Assembly (NCBI GenBank): GCA_026996805.1 | Contig: JALWKB010000126.1 | Span: 1-47,706 of the forward strand | DNA from: Saprospiraceae bacterium | GTDB lineage: Bacteria; Bacteroidota; Bacteroidia; Chitinophagales; Saprospiraceae | Reading direction: 5' to 3' | DNA length: 47,706 bases | Shown: positions 1 to 8,909 of the stretch, piece after piece | How positions within the stretch are numbered: position 1 is the first letter of the stretch | How the letters are laid out: the number at the start of each line of letters is the position of its first letter | Translations under genes and position numbers: made by a program | Notes under the pieces: generated by a model | The model's input: the letters and a program-made list of their open reading frames with translations, nothing else | Told to the model about the DNA's origin: nothing | Database searches by the model: none

Positions 1-174
1 GGGATTGTAAAACGCATATCCCAAGGGCCGGCCTCCGCGCATCGCAGCCCAGACGATATCGCCAGCCTGTGGCTCTCCGCGCACTTCACCGATTTCGTTG
101 TCGAAGACCCACGATTGCGCCATGCGCGCCATGCGGCGAAAGCGATCCTTGACGATGACTTCTACGACATCCAT
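1..174 (-). CDS. Class I SAM-dependent rRNA methyltransferase, RlmI-like (N-terminal PUA-type part only; the gene runs off the window start)
   Basis: Absent from the ORF track because it is truncated. The reverse-strand ATG at 174-172 opens a stop-free frame to position 1: MDVVEVIVKDRFRRMARMAQSWVFDNEIGEVRGEPQAGDIVWAAMRGGRPLGYAFYNP. This resembles the conserved N-terminus of RlmI/YwbD-type methyltransferases (..WVF.NEI...G..V.V....G..LG.G.YNP). Confidence 0.5.
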   Translation of the reverse strand, partial: MDVVEVIVKDRFRRMARMAQSWVFDNEIGEVRGEPQAGDIVWAAMRGGRPLGYAFYNP

Positions 175-197
175 CGCACTGTTTTACGACCCTGGAG

Positions 198-205
198 CAA
201 AAGTA
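198..205 (-). promoter_or_regulatory. Bacteroidota -7 promoter box TACTTTTG (TAnnTTTG) for the RlmI-like gene
   Basis: The plus strand reads CAAAAGTA, which is TACTTTTG on the minus strand. It lies 24 nt upstream of the ATG at 174. Confidence 0.4.
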
Positions 206-304
206 GGACCAAACGCTTAGATGTACGAACTCACCGAATTTTATCCCAAAAATGAACATCTCCGCATCTTCCAACGATATATTACCGTACAAACTCGCAC
301 CGCA

Positions 305-994
305 ATGCATCATTTCAGCCCTTTCCTCTTGACATTGGCAATTATCATCGCACCCACGTCAAAGGTCTCGTGGGCTCAAACTCCGTCATCGAATAACTCA
401 ACTCATATGGATTCACTATCGTATCAAATTGGCGTCATCATCGGACAAAACATCCGAGAAAACGGTTTTGACAGCTTAGACTATGAGTCTTTTCTGCGTG
501 GTGTAACCGACTATCTGGAGGGCAAGACCTCTGCAGCAGATTTGGAGCGGGCACAGCTCTACGTGCATCAATACATGCAAGAGCGCCAGCAAGAGCAGTT
601 TCGCGATAAAATCGAGCGCGCCGAGGCATTTTTCCAACAAAATGCCCAGCGCCCCGAGGTCCACGTCCTGCCTTCCGGAGTCCAATACGAAGTACTCCGT
701 CAAGGCGACGGCCCTAAACCTCAACTGACCGACAAAGTGCGCGTGCACTACCGCGGTACCCTCTTAGATGGAACGGTCTTCGACAACTCGTACGACAGAG
801 GGCAACCTATCGAGTTTGCCCTCAATCAAGTGATCAAGGGTTGGCAAGATGCCCTACAACACATGCCGGTCGGCTCGAAGTGGAAAATCTACATCCCCTA
901 CCAGCTCGGCTACGGCGAACGCGGTGCAGGCAATGTCATCGGTCCGTACGAACCCCTTATCTTTGAAGTGGAGTTGCTGGACATCGTTAAATAG
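305..994 (+). CDS. FKBP-type peptidyl-prolyl cis-trans isomerase (Mip/FkpA-like, secreted)
   Basis: The C-terminal FKBP domain reads VRVHYRGTLLDGTVFDNSYDRGQPIEFALNQVIKGWQDALQHMPVGSKWKIYIPYQLGYGERG. There is an N-terminal helical Mip-like region. I chose the start at the ATG at 305 (MHHFSPFLLTLAIIIAP..., signal-peptide-like) rather than the track start at 221. Confidence 0.9.
   Translation: MHHFSPFLLTLAIIIAPTSKVSWAQTPSSNNSTHMDSLSYQIGVIIGQNIRENGFDSLDYESFLRGVTDYLEGKTSAADLERAQLYVHQYMQERQQEQFRDKIERAEAFFQQNAQRPEVHVLPSGVQYEVLRQGDGPKPQLTDKVRVHYRGTLLDGTVFDNSYDRGQPIEFALNQVIKGWQDALQHMPVGSKWKIYIPYQLGYGERGAGNVIGPYEPLIFEVELLDIVK
958..965 (+). promoter_or_regulatory. Exact TATCTTTG -7 box inside the 3' end of the FKBP gene; possible internal promoter for trmD
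   Basis: TATCTTTG lies 49 nt upstream of the trmD ATG (1015), in the same orientation. The same octamer sits in front of four other genes in this window. Confidence 0.35.
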
Positions 995-1014
995 TTCTGC
1001 AGGCTGCAGCGACT

Positions 1015-1719
1015 ATGCGCATCGACATATTGGCAGTCATCCCCGAGCTCTTACAAAGCCCCTTCGAACACTCCATCTTGCGCCGGGCTCGCGATAAGGG
1101 GATACTCGACCTGCACGTGTACGATCTCAAGGAGTGGGGATTGGGCAAGCATCGGCAAATTGACGATTATCCCTACGGCGGCGGACCGGGCATGGTGCTC
1201 CGCCCCGAACCCCTTGCCAAGGCCATTCGACAACTCCAGGATCAAGCAGGAGGCTACGACGAAATCATCTACCTCACTCCCGACGGCACACCACTCAACC
1301 AACCCCTCGTCAATTCGCTGTCGCTAAAGGAAAAGCTCCTCCTCATCTGCGGACATTACAAAGGCATTGACCAGCGCATCCGCGACAAATACGTCACGAT
1401 GGAGCTCAGCATCGGAGATTACGTGCTCAGCGGAGGCGAAACCGCCGCCATCGTATTGGTCGATGCCATCGGCAGGCTGCTGCCCGGCGTACTCGGCGAC
1501 GAATCGTCAGCCCTTACCGACTCGTTCCAGGACGGACTACTGGCCCCCCCTGTCTACACCCGTCCCTCCGAATTTGAAGGAATGAAAGTACCCGATGTGC
1601 TCCTCAGCGGCCACGCCGCCAAAATCGAAGAGTGGCGCTACCAACAAGCACTTCAAAAGACGCGACAGCGCAGACCCGATTTGCTCAGCGACGACGACAT
1701 CTCCGACACCAGCGAATAA
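1015..1719 (+). CDS. trmD: tRNA (guanine37-N1)-methyltransferase
   Basis: The full-length TrmD pattern is present: MRIDILAVIPELL...DDYPYGGGPGMVL...LICGHYKGIDQRI...SIGDYVLSGGE. Confidence 0.95.
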   Translation: MRIDILAVIPELLQSPFEHSILRRARDKGILDLHVYDLKEWGLGKHRQIDDYPYGGGPGMVLRPEPLAKAIRQLQDQAGGYDEIIYLTPDGTPLNQPLVNSLSLKEKLLLICGHYKGIDQRIRDKYVTMELSIGDYVLSGGETAAIVLVDAIGRLLPGVLGDESSALTDSFQDGLLAPPVYTRPSEFEGMKVPDVLLSGHAAKIEEWRYQQALQKTRQRRPDLLSDDDISDTSE

Positions 1720-1789
1720 CCCCCTGTGTCGCCTATGCCCACACCCCACTCAACACATCAACCAATAGGTGGAAAAATCAGACAGCTCA

Positions 1790-2761
1790 CTATGAGGACT
1801 GCGCCTCCGTCGATCGCTGATAGGCATTGAGGATGATGTCGACCACCTCATGCGCAATGCGCTTTTGAGCCTCGATTGTGCTGGCGCCTATGTGCGGCGT
1901 CACACTGACCTGTGGGTGTTGGAGCAACTCCTTCTTGGGATGGGGCTCCCCCTCAAACACATCTAAACCAGCTGCGCGGACAATTCCAGCATCCAAGGCT
2001 TCGAGCAAGGCATCTTCGTCGACCACACCACCCCGCGCCGCATTGATGAGTATAACACCGCGTTTCATCTTCTCAAAAGCGGCCCGATCAATCAACGGCT
2101 TGGACTGCGCCGGCACATGAATGCTGATGAAATCCGCTTGAGGTAGCATTTCATCCAGCGACACAACGGGGATATCGAGCGGTATCATGCGCTCCGCAAT
2201 GTAGATGTCGAGCTCAAGTGTATCAAACACATCGACGGGAATCACCTCCATGCCCATGCCGAGGGCCAGTGCCGCCAAGGCCTTGCCGATGCGTCCACAC
2301 CCTACGATGCCCAGCTTCTTTCCCGCCAACTCTATCCCCTTGGAATACTTCTTCTTCAATGCTTTAAATTCTACATCTCCCACCTGTGGCATCTCCCGAT
2401 TGCTAAGATGTATAAAACGCGCCAGGCTCAACATATGGCCCATGACGAGTTCTGCCACCGATCGCGAAGAGGCCGCTGGCGTATTGCGCACCTCAATACC
2501 CTTGCTCTGTGCATATGCTACGTCGATATTGTCCAAGCCCACGCCTCCTCGTACGATGAGCTTCAAGCGCTGCACCTCCGACAGTAACTCCTCGCGCAAT
2601 TTGGTCGCACTGCGCACAACCACCACATCAAATTCGTTAAGCCTCTGCCGGAGCTCTTCCGGAGATAACGGCCCTTCGACAACCTCAAAACCCTCTTTAC
2701 GCAAACGCTCAAAACCTTCGGCATGCATGCCGTCATTGACGAGTATCTTCCACTTTTTCAT
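1790..2761 (-). CDS. D-3-phosphoglycerate dehydrogenase / D-isomer-specific 2-hydroxyacid dehydrogenase (short form)
   Basis: It has the NAD-binding motif GIVGCGRIGKALA and the catalytic region LINAARGGVVDEDAL...GLDVFEGEP...VTPHIGAST. At 323 aa, substrate specificity cannot be fixed from sequence alone. Confidence 0.8.
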   Translation of the reverse strand: MKKWKILVNDGMHAEGFERLRKEGFEVVEGPLSPEELRQRLNEFDVVVVRSATKLREELLSEVQRLKLIVRGGVGLDNIDVAYAQSKGIEVRNTPAASSRSVAELVMGHMLSLARFIHLSNREMPQVGDVEFKALKKKYSKGIELAGKKLGIVGCGRIGKALAALALGMGMEVIPVDVFDTLELDIYIAERMIPLDIPVVSLDEMLPQADFISIHVPAQSKPLIDRAAFEKMKRGVILINAARGGVVDEDALLEALDAGIVRAAGLDVFEGEPHPKKELLQHPQVSVTPHIGASTIEAQKRIAHEVVDIILNAYQRSTEAQSS

Positions 2762-2838
2762 ACATAGAGCTTTAAACTACCCACAAAGATGAAAAGAAAT
2801 GTACGAACGATTGCATGGCAATGTCTTGTCCCCAGGAC

Positions 2839-5121
2839 TCAACGCAAAAGGGTGACATATCCCTTCTTGTGCCGCACCTTACCCCGTGTCGTGCGGTAAG
2901 TGACCTTGTACAGATACACTCCTGTCGGGACCGGCTGCCCGCTCTCTTGATAGGTTCCGTCCCAGCCCTCCTCGGGATTGTCGGTAGCAAACACTCTACT
3001 TCCCCATCGATCCCATATCTCCAAACGAAAATCTCGTATCGCATCAAAATACCCCACCCCGTAAAAGAAGTCATTGACGCCATCGCCGTTGGGCGTAAAC
3101 ACATTGGGCATGAGGAGCTTATCCAGAGGAATCACATCGATATACTGGATAAAAGTGTCCGTACAGCCGTTTTCGTGAAAGGCCACCAACATCACCTGAT
3201 GCACACCCGTGTCGCGAAAATCGTAGACCAAATCTCTGGTGTAATAGACCTCTGTGCTATCGACAATCCACTGCCACGAAATGGAGTTTTCCGATTGGTT
3301 GAAAAACTCCACTTCAGTCTGCTGACTGGTGACCTTTTCAGGCGAATAGGTATAGAGTGCCGTGGGGCCATTTTCAATGCGAATCCAGTCTTCAAAAAAA
3401 GCCTCCGCAACGCAACCATAGGGTGAGGTAATGCGCAAGCCCACGCTGTACATCCCCGGTCGGTCGTATTGATGGATGGGGGCGAGTCCTTCGCCCCTTT
3501 GTCCGTCGCCAAAGTCCCACTCGATGAGATACTCTTCATTGACGGGTTTGCTTCGGTTGAAAAACTGTATGCGCGACGGAGCACAGCCCACATAGCGATC
3601 GGGCTCGGCAATCACGATCGGTGGCGCCGGATACCATCCTACGGAGTCGACCACTTTGTGCACACAGCCCCGATTGTCTTCCACCTCCAATGCCACTGCA
3701 AATGTACCGGCAGTGTCAAAGGAAAACTGAGGATTGTCCACACGAGACTCCCCAAACTCTCCAAACGTCCAGTGCCACCTGCGTATGTGCCCTCCTTCAG
3801 AGATCGAGCGATCGTAAAACTGTACGGGGCCTATCTCGCAGGTGTCAAAGACATAGTCATAGTCGGCTTTGACCTCTCCGTAAACCCCGATCTCCAAGCT
3901 GAGCGAATCGCTACATTCCAAGCCCTCGTTGAGGATCAACTTTCCACGATACAATCCCGTGTCCGGAAAGGTGACCTTGACATCCCAACTCGTGTATTGC
4001 ACGGGTCCGTCGGGAAAATCAAATACCCATTTGACCTTATTGATGTACTGCCTATCAAAACTCTCATTGAAGATCTCTACTTCTGTACTCCCACAAGACT
4101 TGATGAAGACGTGCTTTTCCTTAATGGTGGAGTCGCCCACCACAGCTGCAACCACCGTGGGCTGACAGTTGACTACGTTAAACTGAAAATCCCTGCGTAT
4201 ACTGCTCAACAACACTCCGTTGCGGTATTCCTTGACACACACCCCAACGACATATTGCCCAGTGGCTTGAGGTCTCCCGCGAATCAGGCCCGTCGTCGGG
4301 TCTATCCGAATGACCGGATTGCCTCCCATGGGCATCGTAGGCGTGTAGTGAGGCTCCTTAAACGGTACAGGGCGAAAGGGAGGCTTACATAGATCTGGAT
4401 ACGGAACGACGCAATCACAAACAGGATTGGAGGGAACATATGGACAAGGTCCACCATTGGCATTGCGTTGTCCTCCTGCATGAAGAGGTGCGCAAAATTC
4501 ATAGACCAGCTGATCCCCCTCTTTGTCAATGGCCGCGTGATTGTAGACCAACATCGTCTCGTTGCATATCACTACCGGTGGATATTCTCTGAAGACAGGG
4601 CTGTTATTGCAGGTGCGCTGTGCCTCCGCTGTGATTTCCACCGTATAGGCCGCACCTTGCTCCCCAGGATTTAGGATATTGGTGATCGTATTGTTGCGAC
4701 AACACCGCTGAAATGCAATCATATACGAGGTGTTGCGTATCGGTAGCACGATTTCAAACTCGTAAATTCCCCGCTCCACGCAGAGGTTGGACGGCACAAT
4801 CATGCAGGGATTGTCGTTGATGGGCAAGAATTCTACTGTCTTCAAGGGCACATCATTGATACCAAGCACTTTCATGTACTGCCACTGCTGTAGGGTATCG
4901 TCCCAATAGTACAGGCCAAAATTAAATATTCTATCAAATGGAGCCCCCCTACCATAACAATCGCGATATATGATCGTCGTGATCTTGTAGTGCACCTTGC
5001 GACCGTTATCCACAATGCCCAAACACTCGTAGGTGATCTCCCCACCGATTATGTGCTTGCCCCACAGTGTATGACCGATCGCCAGCAAGAGAAACAACAG
5101 GAGAAATTTTAGCCACTTCAT
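2839..5121 (-). CDS. Secreted multi-domain surface protein with PKD-like repeats and a T9SS type B (gliding-motility-associated) C-terminal sorting domain
   Basis: The C-terminus LMPNVFTPNGDGVNDFFYGVGY...LEIWDRWGSRVF...WDGTYQESGQPVPTGVYLYKVTY matches the type B CTD signature. PKD-like segments are present (WDFGDG..., WTFGEFG...). The signal peptide starts at MKWLKFLLLFLLLA (ATG at 5121). Confidence 0.85.
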   Translation of the reverse strand: MKWLKFLLLFLLLAIGHTLWGKHIIGGEITYECLGIVDNGRKVHYKITTIIYRDCYGRGAPFDRIFNFGLYYWDDTLQQWQYMKVLGINDVPLKTVEFLPINDNPCMIVPSNLCVERGIYEFEIVLPIRNTSYMIAFQRCCRNNTITNILNPGEQGAAYTVEITAEAQRTCNNSPVFREYPPVVICNETMLVYNHAAIDKEGDQLVYEFCAPLHAGGQRNANGGPCPYVPSNPVCDCVVPYPDLCKPPFRPVPFKEPHYTPTMPMGGNPVIRIDPTTGLIRGRPQATGQYVVGVCVKEYRNGVLLSSIRRDFQFNVVNCQPTVVAAVVGDSTIKEKHVFIKSCGSTEVEIFNESFDRQYINKVKWVFDFPDGPVQYTSWDVKVTFPDTGLYRGKLILNEGLECSDSLSLEIGVYGEVKADYDYVFDTCEIGPVQFYDRSISEGGHIRRWHWTFGEFGESRVDNPQFSFDTAGTFAVALEVEDNRGCVHKVVDSVGWYPAPPIVIAEPDRYVGCAPSRIQFFNRSKPVNEEYLIEWDFGDGQRGEGLAPIHQYDRPGMYSVGLRITSPYGCVAEAFFEDWIRIENGPTALYTYSPEKVTSQQTEVEFFNQSENSISWQWIVDSTEVYYTRDLVYDFRDTGVHQVMLVAFHENGCTDTFIQYIDVIPLDKLLMPNVFTPNGDGVNDFFYGVGYFDAIRDFRLEIWDRWGSRVFATDNPEEGWDGTYQESGQPVPTGVYLYKVTYRTTRGKVRHKKGYVTLLR

Positions 5122-5287
5122 CCTTGCTCTACTTTTACAATCTCTTTTATTCTGCAATAGTGTCGAAATATGTGCTTGAACGAGGTGTATGCGGTTTGTA
5201 ATAGTAAACTTTTTATCTCGTTTGAATGTTTTCCAATAGGTTGAAAATCCCTTGATCGCGGGATTCGAACATGAAAGATACTACAAA

Positions 5288-5878
5288 ATGACAAATCCCA
5301 TTGCGCTCTTTTTTGAGGATGAAATCAATGCAGTCGTAGAGACGCTCAAAAGCGGAGGCGTCGTACTCATGCCTACCGACACCATCTGGGGACTGAGCTG
5401 CTTGGCCGCTGATCAAAAGGCCGTCGAGCGGATCCAGCACATCAAGGGTCGTGCACCCGACAAACCCTTTATCTTGCTCGTCGACTCCATCGAAATGTTA
5501 AAACACTACGTCGAAGAGCTCCCTCCCCGCATCGAAAACCTCCTCGTCTACCACCAGAGACCCATTACCATCGTCTATCCCAAGGGCAAAAACCTCCCAG
5601 CACATAATATCCACACCGACGGCAGCGTCGCCATTCGCGTCTGCAACGAGCCCTTTTGCAAAGAAGTCATCCAGCGCCTGGGACAACCCATCGTCTCTAC
5701 CTCCGCCAACCGCACAGACAACCCACCACCGCCTACTTTCCTCGATATCGACGAGCAAATCATCAAAGCAGTCGATTACGTCGTCCGTTACCGTCAAAAC
5801 GACGACACCCCCAAACAACCCTCTCCGATTTTCACGTACGACGCTCAAAACAAATTAGTCCCCATCCGACTGCCTTAA
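5288..5878 (+). CDS. tsaC: L-threonylcarbamoyladenylate synthase (Sua5/YrdC/TsaC family)
   Basis: It shows the YrdC-fold signature: GGVVLMPTDTIWGLSC...KGRAPDKPFILLV...VAIRV...PIVSTSAN. I chose the start at ATG 5288 (MTNPIALFF...). Confidence 0.85.
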   Translation: MTNPIALFFEDEINAVVETLKSGGVVLMPTDTIWGLSCLAADQKAVERIQHIKGRAPDKPFILLVDSIEMLKHYVEELPPRIENLLVYHQRPITIVYPKGKNLPAHNIHTDGSVAIRVCNEPFCKEVIQRLGQPIVSTSANRTDNPPPPTFLDIDEQIIKAVDYVVRYRQNDDTPKQPSPIFTYDAQNKLVPIRLP

Positions 5879-7351
5879 AACCCCGTACACCTCTTGCCAG
5901 TGCGCCGCTATCCAATGAATGAGCTCCCCTTCTCCTTGGTTGGATGTGACCGAGCTGGGTGGTGTAAATAGCAGGCTGTCAATAGAGAGGCTATCCATGG
6001 ATCTTCGCATCAGACGATATCGGTAATACCATTGCGGTTGGGATGCCAAGTATTCGTACCACGCACGCACGATTCCGATGCGTTCGCTATTTTCAACTCG
6101 GCCGCCTTTGAGCCCTATAGATACTTGCTCCCTCCACCATTTGTTAAAATGTCTCTTCAATAGGTAGAGGTCTTCTACGGACGCATTTGAAGCATCTGTC
6201 GTATAAAATGGTTGTTTATCCGTAGAAATGGAATCCGCTCGATGCCCGCGCAAATGTTCGAAAGGCAGGACATAACGCGCTACGGGCATCAACACGCTAT
6301 CGCCATTGGGAAGGGCAAATCCCCTTCTCACGACCCGAGTATCCCTTGCCGCTGTCCCGATGACGAGGCAGTGGTCTACATGTTGGTCAAGTATTGCCGC
6401 AAGCACTTCCGCTTCATACGATGTACCCGCATCGACGAGTACGACGATGCCCTTAAGCGTAAAAAAGGGCTTGCCATTGCTGTAAAACACGCGCATGCGT
6501 CCATCGCGGCTCTGTATGCCAAACAGCGGCAAGCGACGCTGTGGGACAAATTGGTTGGCCAGCCGCACGAGCGTGTGCACATCTCCCCCTGTATTGCCGC
6601 GCAAATCCAATACCAGATACCGCATGCCCAGTTGATCCAAGCGATCCCAGGCGCGCATACAGGCCGCATAGGCTCCTTCCTCCATATCCCGCAGAGCAAT
6701 CACCCCCACACTGTCGTTGAGCATTCGAAACAATCGCACAGACTCGTTTTGTACTGCACGGCCTTTTTTAACAGCCAAACCAAAACCCACCCCTCTGGTA
6801 TCCACCCATAAATACTGCTGCTCCCCGTTTCGACCAAGCTCTAAAAAACACATCGTATCATGTGCCGTAAAGACCACGTCTTTACCGACTCCCAACGCCT
6901 TTCCATTGATGCTCCGGATCGTGTCGCCCACCTGCAATCCTACACCGTCCGCCTCGGATACTGAGTACATTGCCTGCACCACAAAGCCACCGTCACTCAG
7001 TACTCCACGCACTCCGAGCACTTCCATCCACATGGTCAAGATGCGCGCAGGATCATCGCTGAAATACACGATGTGAGGATTCCCCAACCGACGCAATATA
7101 TCATCGACGGCACTGCGATTCAGCGTATCGGTGTGGATCGGATCATAATAATAAAATCGAAGCAGCTGTACCAGATGCTCCACCTGTCGTGTCCCTTCCC
7201 TCTCCGAGGCACTATCATGTGTATAAAATGGTTGGTGCTCTGCCCAATGCTCTATCCCCAGGCCGAGGAGAATGCCCAACATCCATGCCAAAGCAGCGAT
7301 ATAGAGCGCTGTGCGCTTGGAGGGTGGGGAGCCAGTTGTCATCGGTTGCAA
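5855..7351 (-). CDS. S41 family peptidase (C-terminal processing / tail-specific protease-like), membrane anchored
   Basis: It has an N-terminal TM helix, a PDZ-like segment (GLQVGDTIRSINGKAL) and the S41 core (YLVLDLRGNTGGDV ... VVLVDAGTSYEAEVLAAIL). Confidence 0.8.
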   Translation of the reverse strand: MQPMTTGSPPSKRTALYIAALAWMLGILLGLGIEHWAEHQPFYTHDSASEREGTRQVEHLVQLLRFYYYDPIHTDTLNRSAVDDILRRLGNPHIVYFSDDPARILTMWMEVLGVRGVLSDGGFVVQAMYSVSEADGVGLQVGDTIRSINGKALGVGKDVVFTAHDTMCFLELGRNGEQQYLWVDTRGVGFGLAVKKGRAVQNESVRLFRMLNDSVGVIALRDMEEGAYAACMRAWDRLDQLGMRYLVLDLRGNTGGDVHTLVRLANQFVPQRRLPLFGIQSRDGRMRVFYSNGKPFFTLKGIVVLVDAGTSYEAEVLAAILDQHVDHCLVIGTAARDTRVVRRGFALPNGDSVLMPVARYVLPFEHLRGHRADSISTDKQPFYTTDASNASVEDLYLLKRHFNKWWREQVSIGLKGGRVENSERIGIVRAWYEYLASQPQWYYRYRLMRRSMDSLSIDSLLFTPPSSVTSNQGEGELIHWIAAHWQEVYGVLRQSDGD

Positions 7352-8821
7352 TCAGTAAAAGGCGGCTCTTCGCACGCCCGCAAACACCTTGGCCAGCCGT
7401 ACCACCTGACAGGCATAGCCGTATTCGTTGTCGTACCATGCGTAGAGAATGACGCGCCGCCCATCGTCGGAGACAATCGTCGATGGCGCATCGATCACCG
7501 AAGTGGTCGTCATGCCGATGGCGTGGGAGGAGGAGTATTCGGTCTCTTCGCTGTAGTGTATTTGCTCCATGAGGGCTCCTTCGATGGAGGCTTGTTTGAG
7601 TACGGCGTTGACTTCTTCCTTGACAGTGGGATTGCGCAGCTGGAGCGATAGGATAGCGAGGGATACATCGGGTACGGGCACCCGCACGGCGTTGCCGGTG
7701 AGCTTACCTGCCAGATGCGGCATCACACGGGCTACAGCTGTAGCGGCACCCGTAGTGGTCAACACCATGTTGATGGCAGCTGCGCGTCCTCGACGCGGCT
7801 TTTTGTGAAAGTTGTCGAGCAGATTTTGATCGACCGTATAGGCGTGAATCGTCTCAATGTGTCCACTTTCGATGCCAAAGCTCTCGTCAATGACCTTGAT
7901 GATGGGACAGATGGCATTGGTCGTACACGAGGCCGCACAGATGATGCGATGCTCCTCGTAGTCGAATTCGCCATCGTTGACGCCTTTGACAATATTGGGA
8001 ATGTCCTTACCCGGTGCGGTGAGCAGTATGCGATCAATCCCCGGACGCAAATGCTGGGACAATCCCTCCTTATCGCGCCACACACCAGTGTTGTCGATGA
8101 GCAGTGCATTTTCGATGCCGTATTGCGAATAATCCACCTGGTCGGGTGCATCGGCGTAAATAAACCGCACGACATTGCCGTTGATGACCACCTCATCTCC
8201 CGAAGGGCTCACCCGAAAAGTGCCGGGAAAGCGGCCGTGTATCGAGTCGGTCATCAAGAGGCTTACGCGCTTAAAGGTCTCCTCGTAGCGGTTTTTCATC
8301 TTCGGTCGCACTACTACAGCACGCAAGATGAGTTGTTCGCCGCTACCTGTTTGTTGGAGGATTCTGCGCGCCACCAGTCGCCCGATGCGTCCAAAGCCGT
8401 AGAGCACCACATCGCGCGGCCCCTCCCCACCACGGTGCGATTCCAAGATGGTGAGCAGTTTCTTTTCGATAAAGGCATTGACATTGGCATAGCGATCTTG
8501 CTCTTCATACCATGCAGCTGTGAGCTTGCCGAGATCGATTTTCATCTTGCGTATGGCTGCATTGCGCTCGATGGTTCGAGCCAGGAGAAGGGTCGTCTCC
8601 AACGACACGGGGCGAGAGATATAGCGCTGTGCCGACTCGTGCAAGTCGATGATCGCATTGAGATTGGAATCGTAAATGCCGCGCCGAAAGAGGATGAGCT
8701 CTACCGACCGATCGACGAGCAAGTGGCCGGCCGTCTTCATCAACTCCAGAGCGAGCTTTTGCTTCTCACGCCATTGGCTGAGGTGGGCGCGCTTTTCCTT
8801 CGTCAAGAGCAGTTCGTCCAT
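7352..8821 (-). CDS. gap: Glyceraldehyde-3-phosphate dehydrogenase, long (~490 aa) form with N-terminal extension
   Basis: It has the Rossmann motif VLYGFGRIGRLVAR, the catalytic motif AASCTTNAICP, and WYDNEYGY near the C-terminus. Confidence 0.9.
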   Translation of the reverse strand: MDELLLTKEKRAHLSQWREKQKLALELMKTAGHLLVDRSVELILFRRGIYDSNLNAIIDLHESAQRYISRPVSLETTLLLARTIERNAAIRKMKIDLGKLTAAWYEEQDRYANVNAFIEKKLLTILESHRGGEGPRDVVLYGFGRIGRLVARRILQQTGSGEQLILRAVVVRPKMKNRYEETFKRVSLLMTDSIHGRFPGTFRVSPSGDEVVINGNVVRFIYADAPDQVDYSQYGIENALLIDNTGVWRDKEGLSQHLRPGIDRILLTAPGKDIPNIVKGVNDGEFDYEEHRIICAASCTTNAICPIIKVIDESFGIESGHIETIHAYTVDQNLLDNFHKKPRRGRAAAINMVLTTTGAATAVARVMPHLAGKLTGNAVRVPVPDVSLAILSLQLRNPTVKEEVNAVLKQASIEGALMEQIHYSEETEYSSSHAIGMTTTSVIDAPSTIVSDDGRRVILYAWYDNEYGYACQVVRLAKVFAGVRRAAFY

Positions 8822-8909
8822 AGCAGGCGCTTTGACCTTTCATCTCAAGTACAAAGGTCGCTATTTTTTGGTATAAAATGATGGAAATTTGTCCGTCGTG
8901 CCTCGTAGC

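Noticed and set aside
5258-5270. GCGGGATTCGAAC, resembling a tRNA T-arm, upstream of tsaC
   Set aside because: No complementary T-stem partner, acceptor stem or anticodon arm can be built around it. It is an isolated similarity only.
8834-8869. Plus-strand hairpin GACCTTT-N12-AAAGGTC followed by a T6 run between rpoD and gap
   Set aside because: There is no plus-strand gene upstream for it to terminate. On the minus strand the same bases contain a one-mismatch -7 box (GACCTTTG, 8859-8852) 30 nt before the gap ATG. The region is therefore more likely the gap promoter.
7715-8881. 388-aa plus-strand ORF opposite the GAPDH gene
   Set aside because: It is an antisense shadow ORF of a confidently identified gene, with no motifs. 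The same explanation applies as for groEL.
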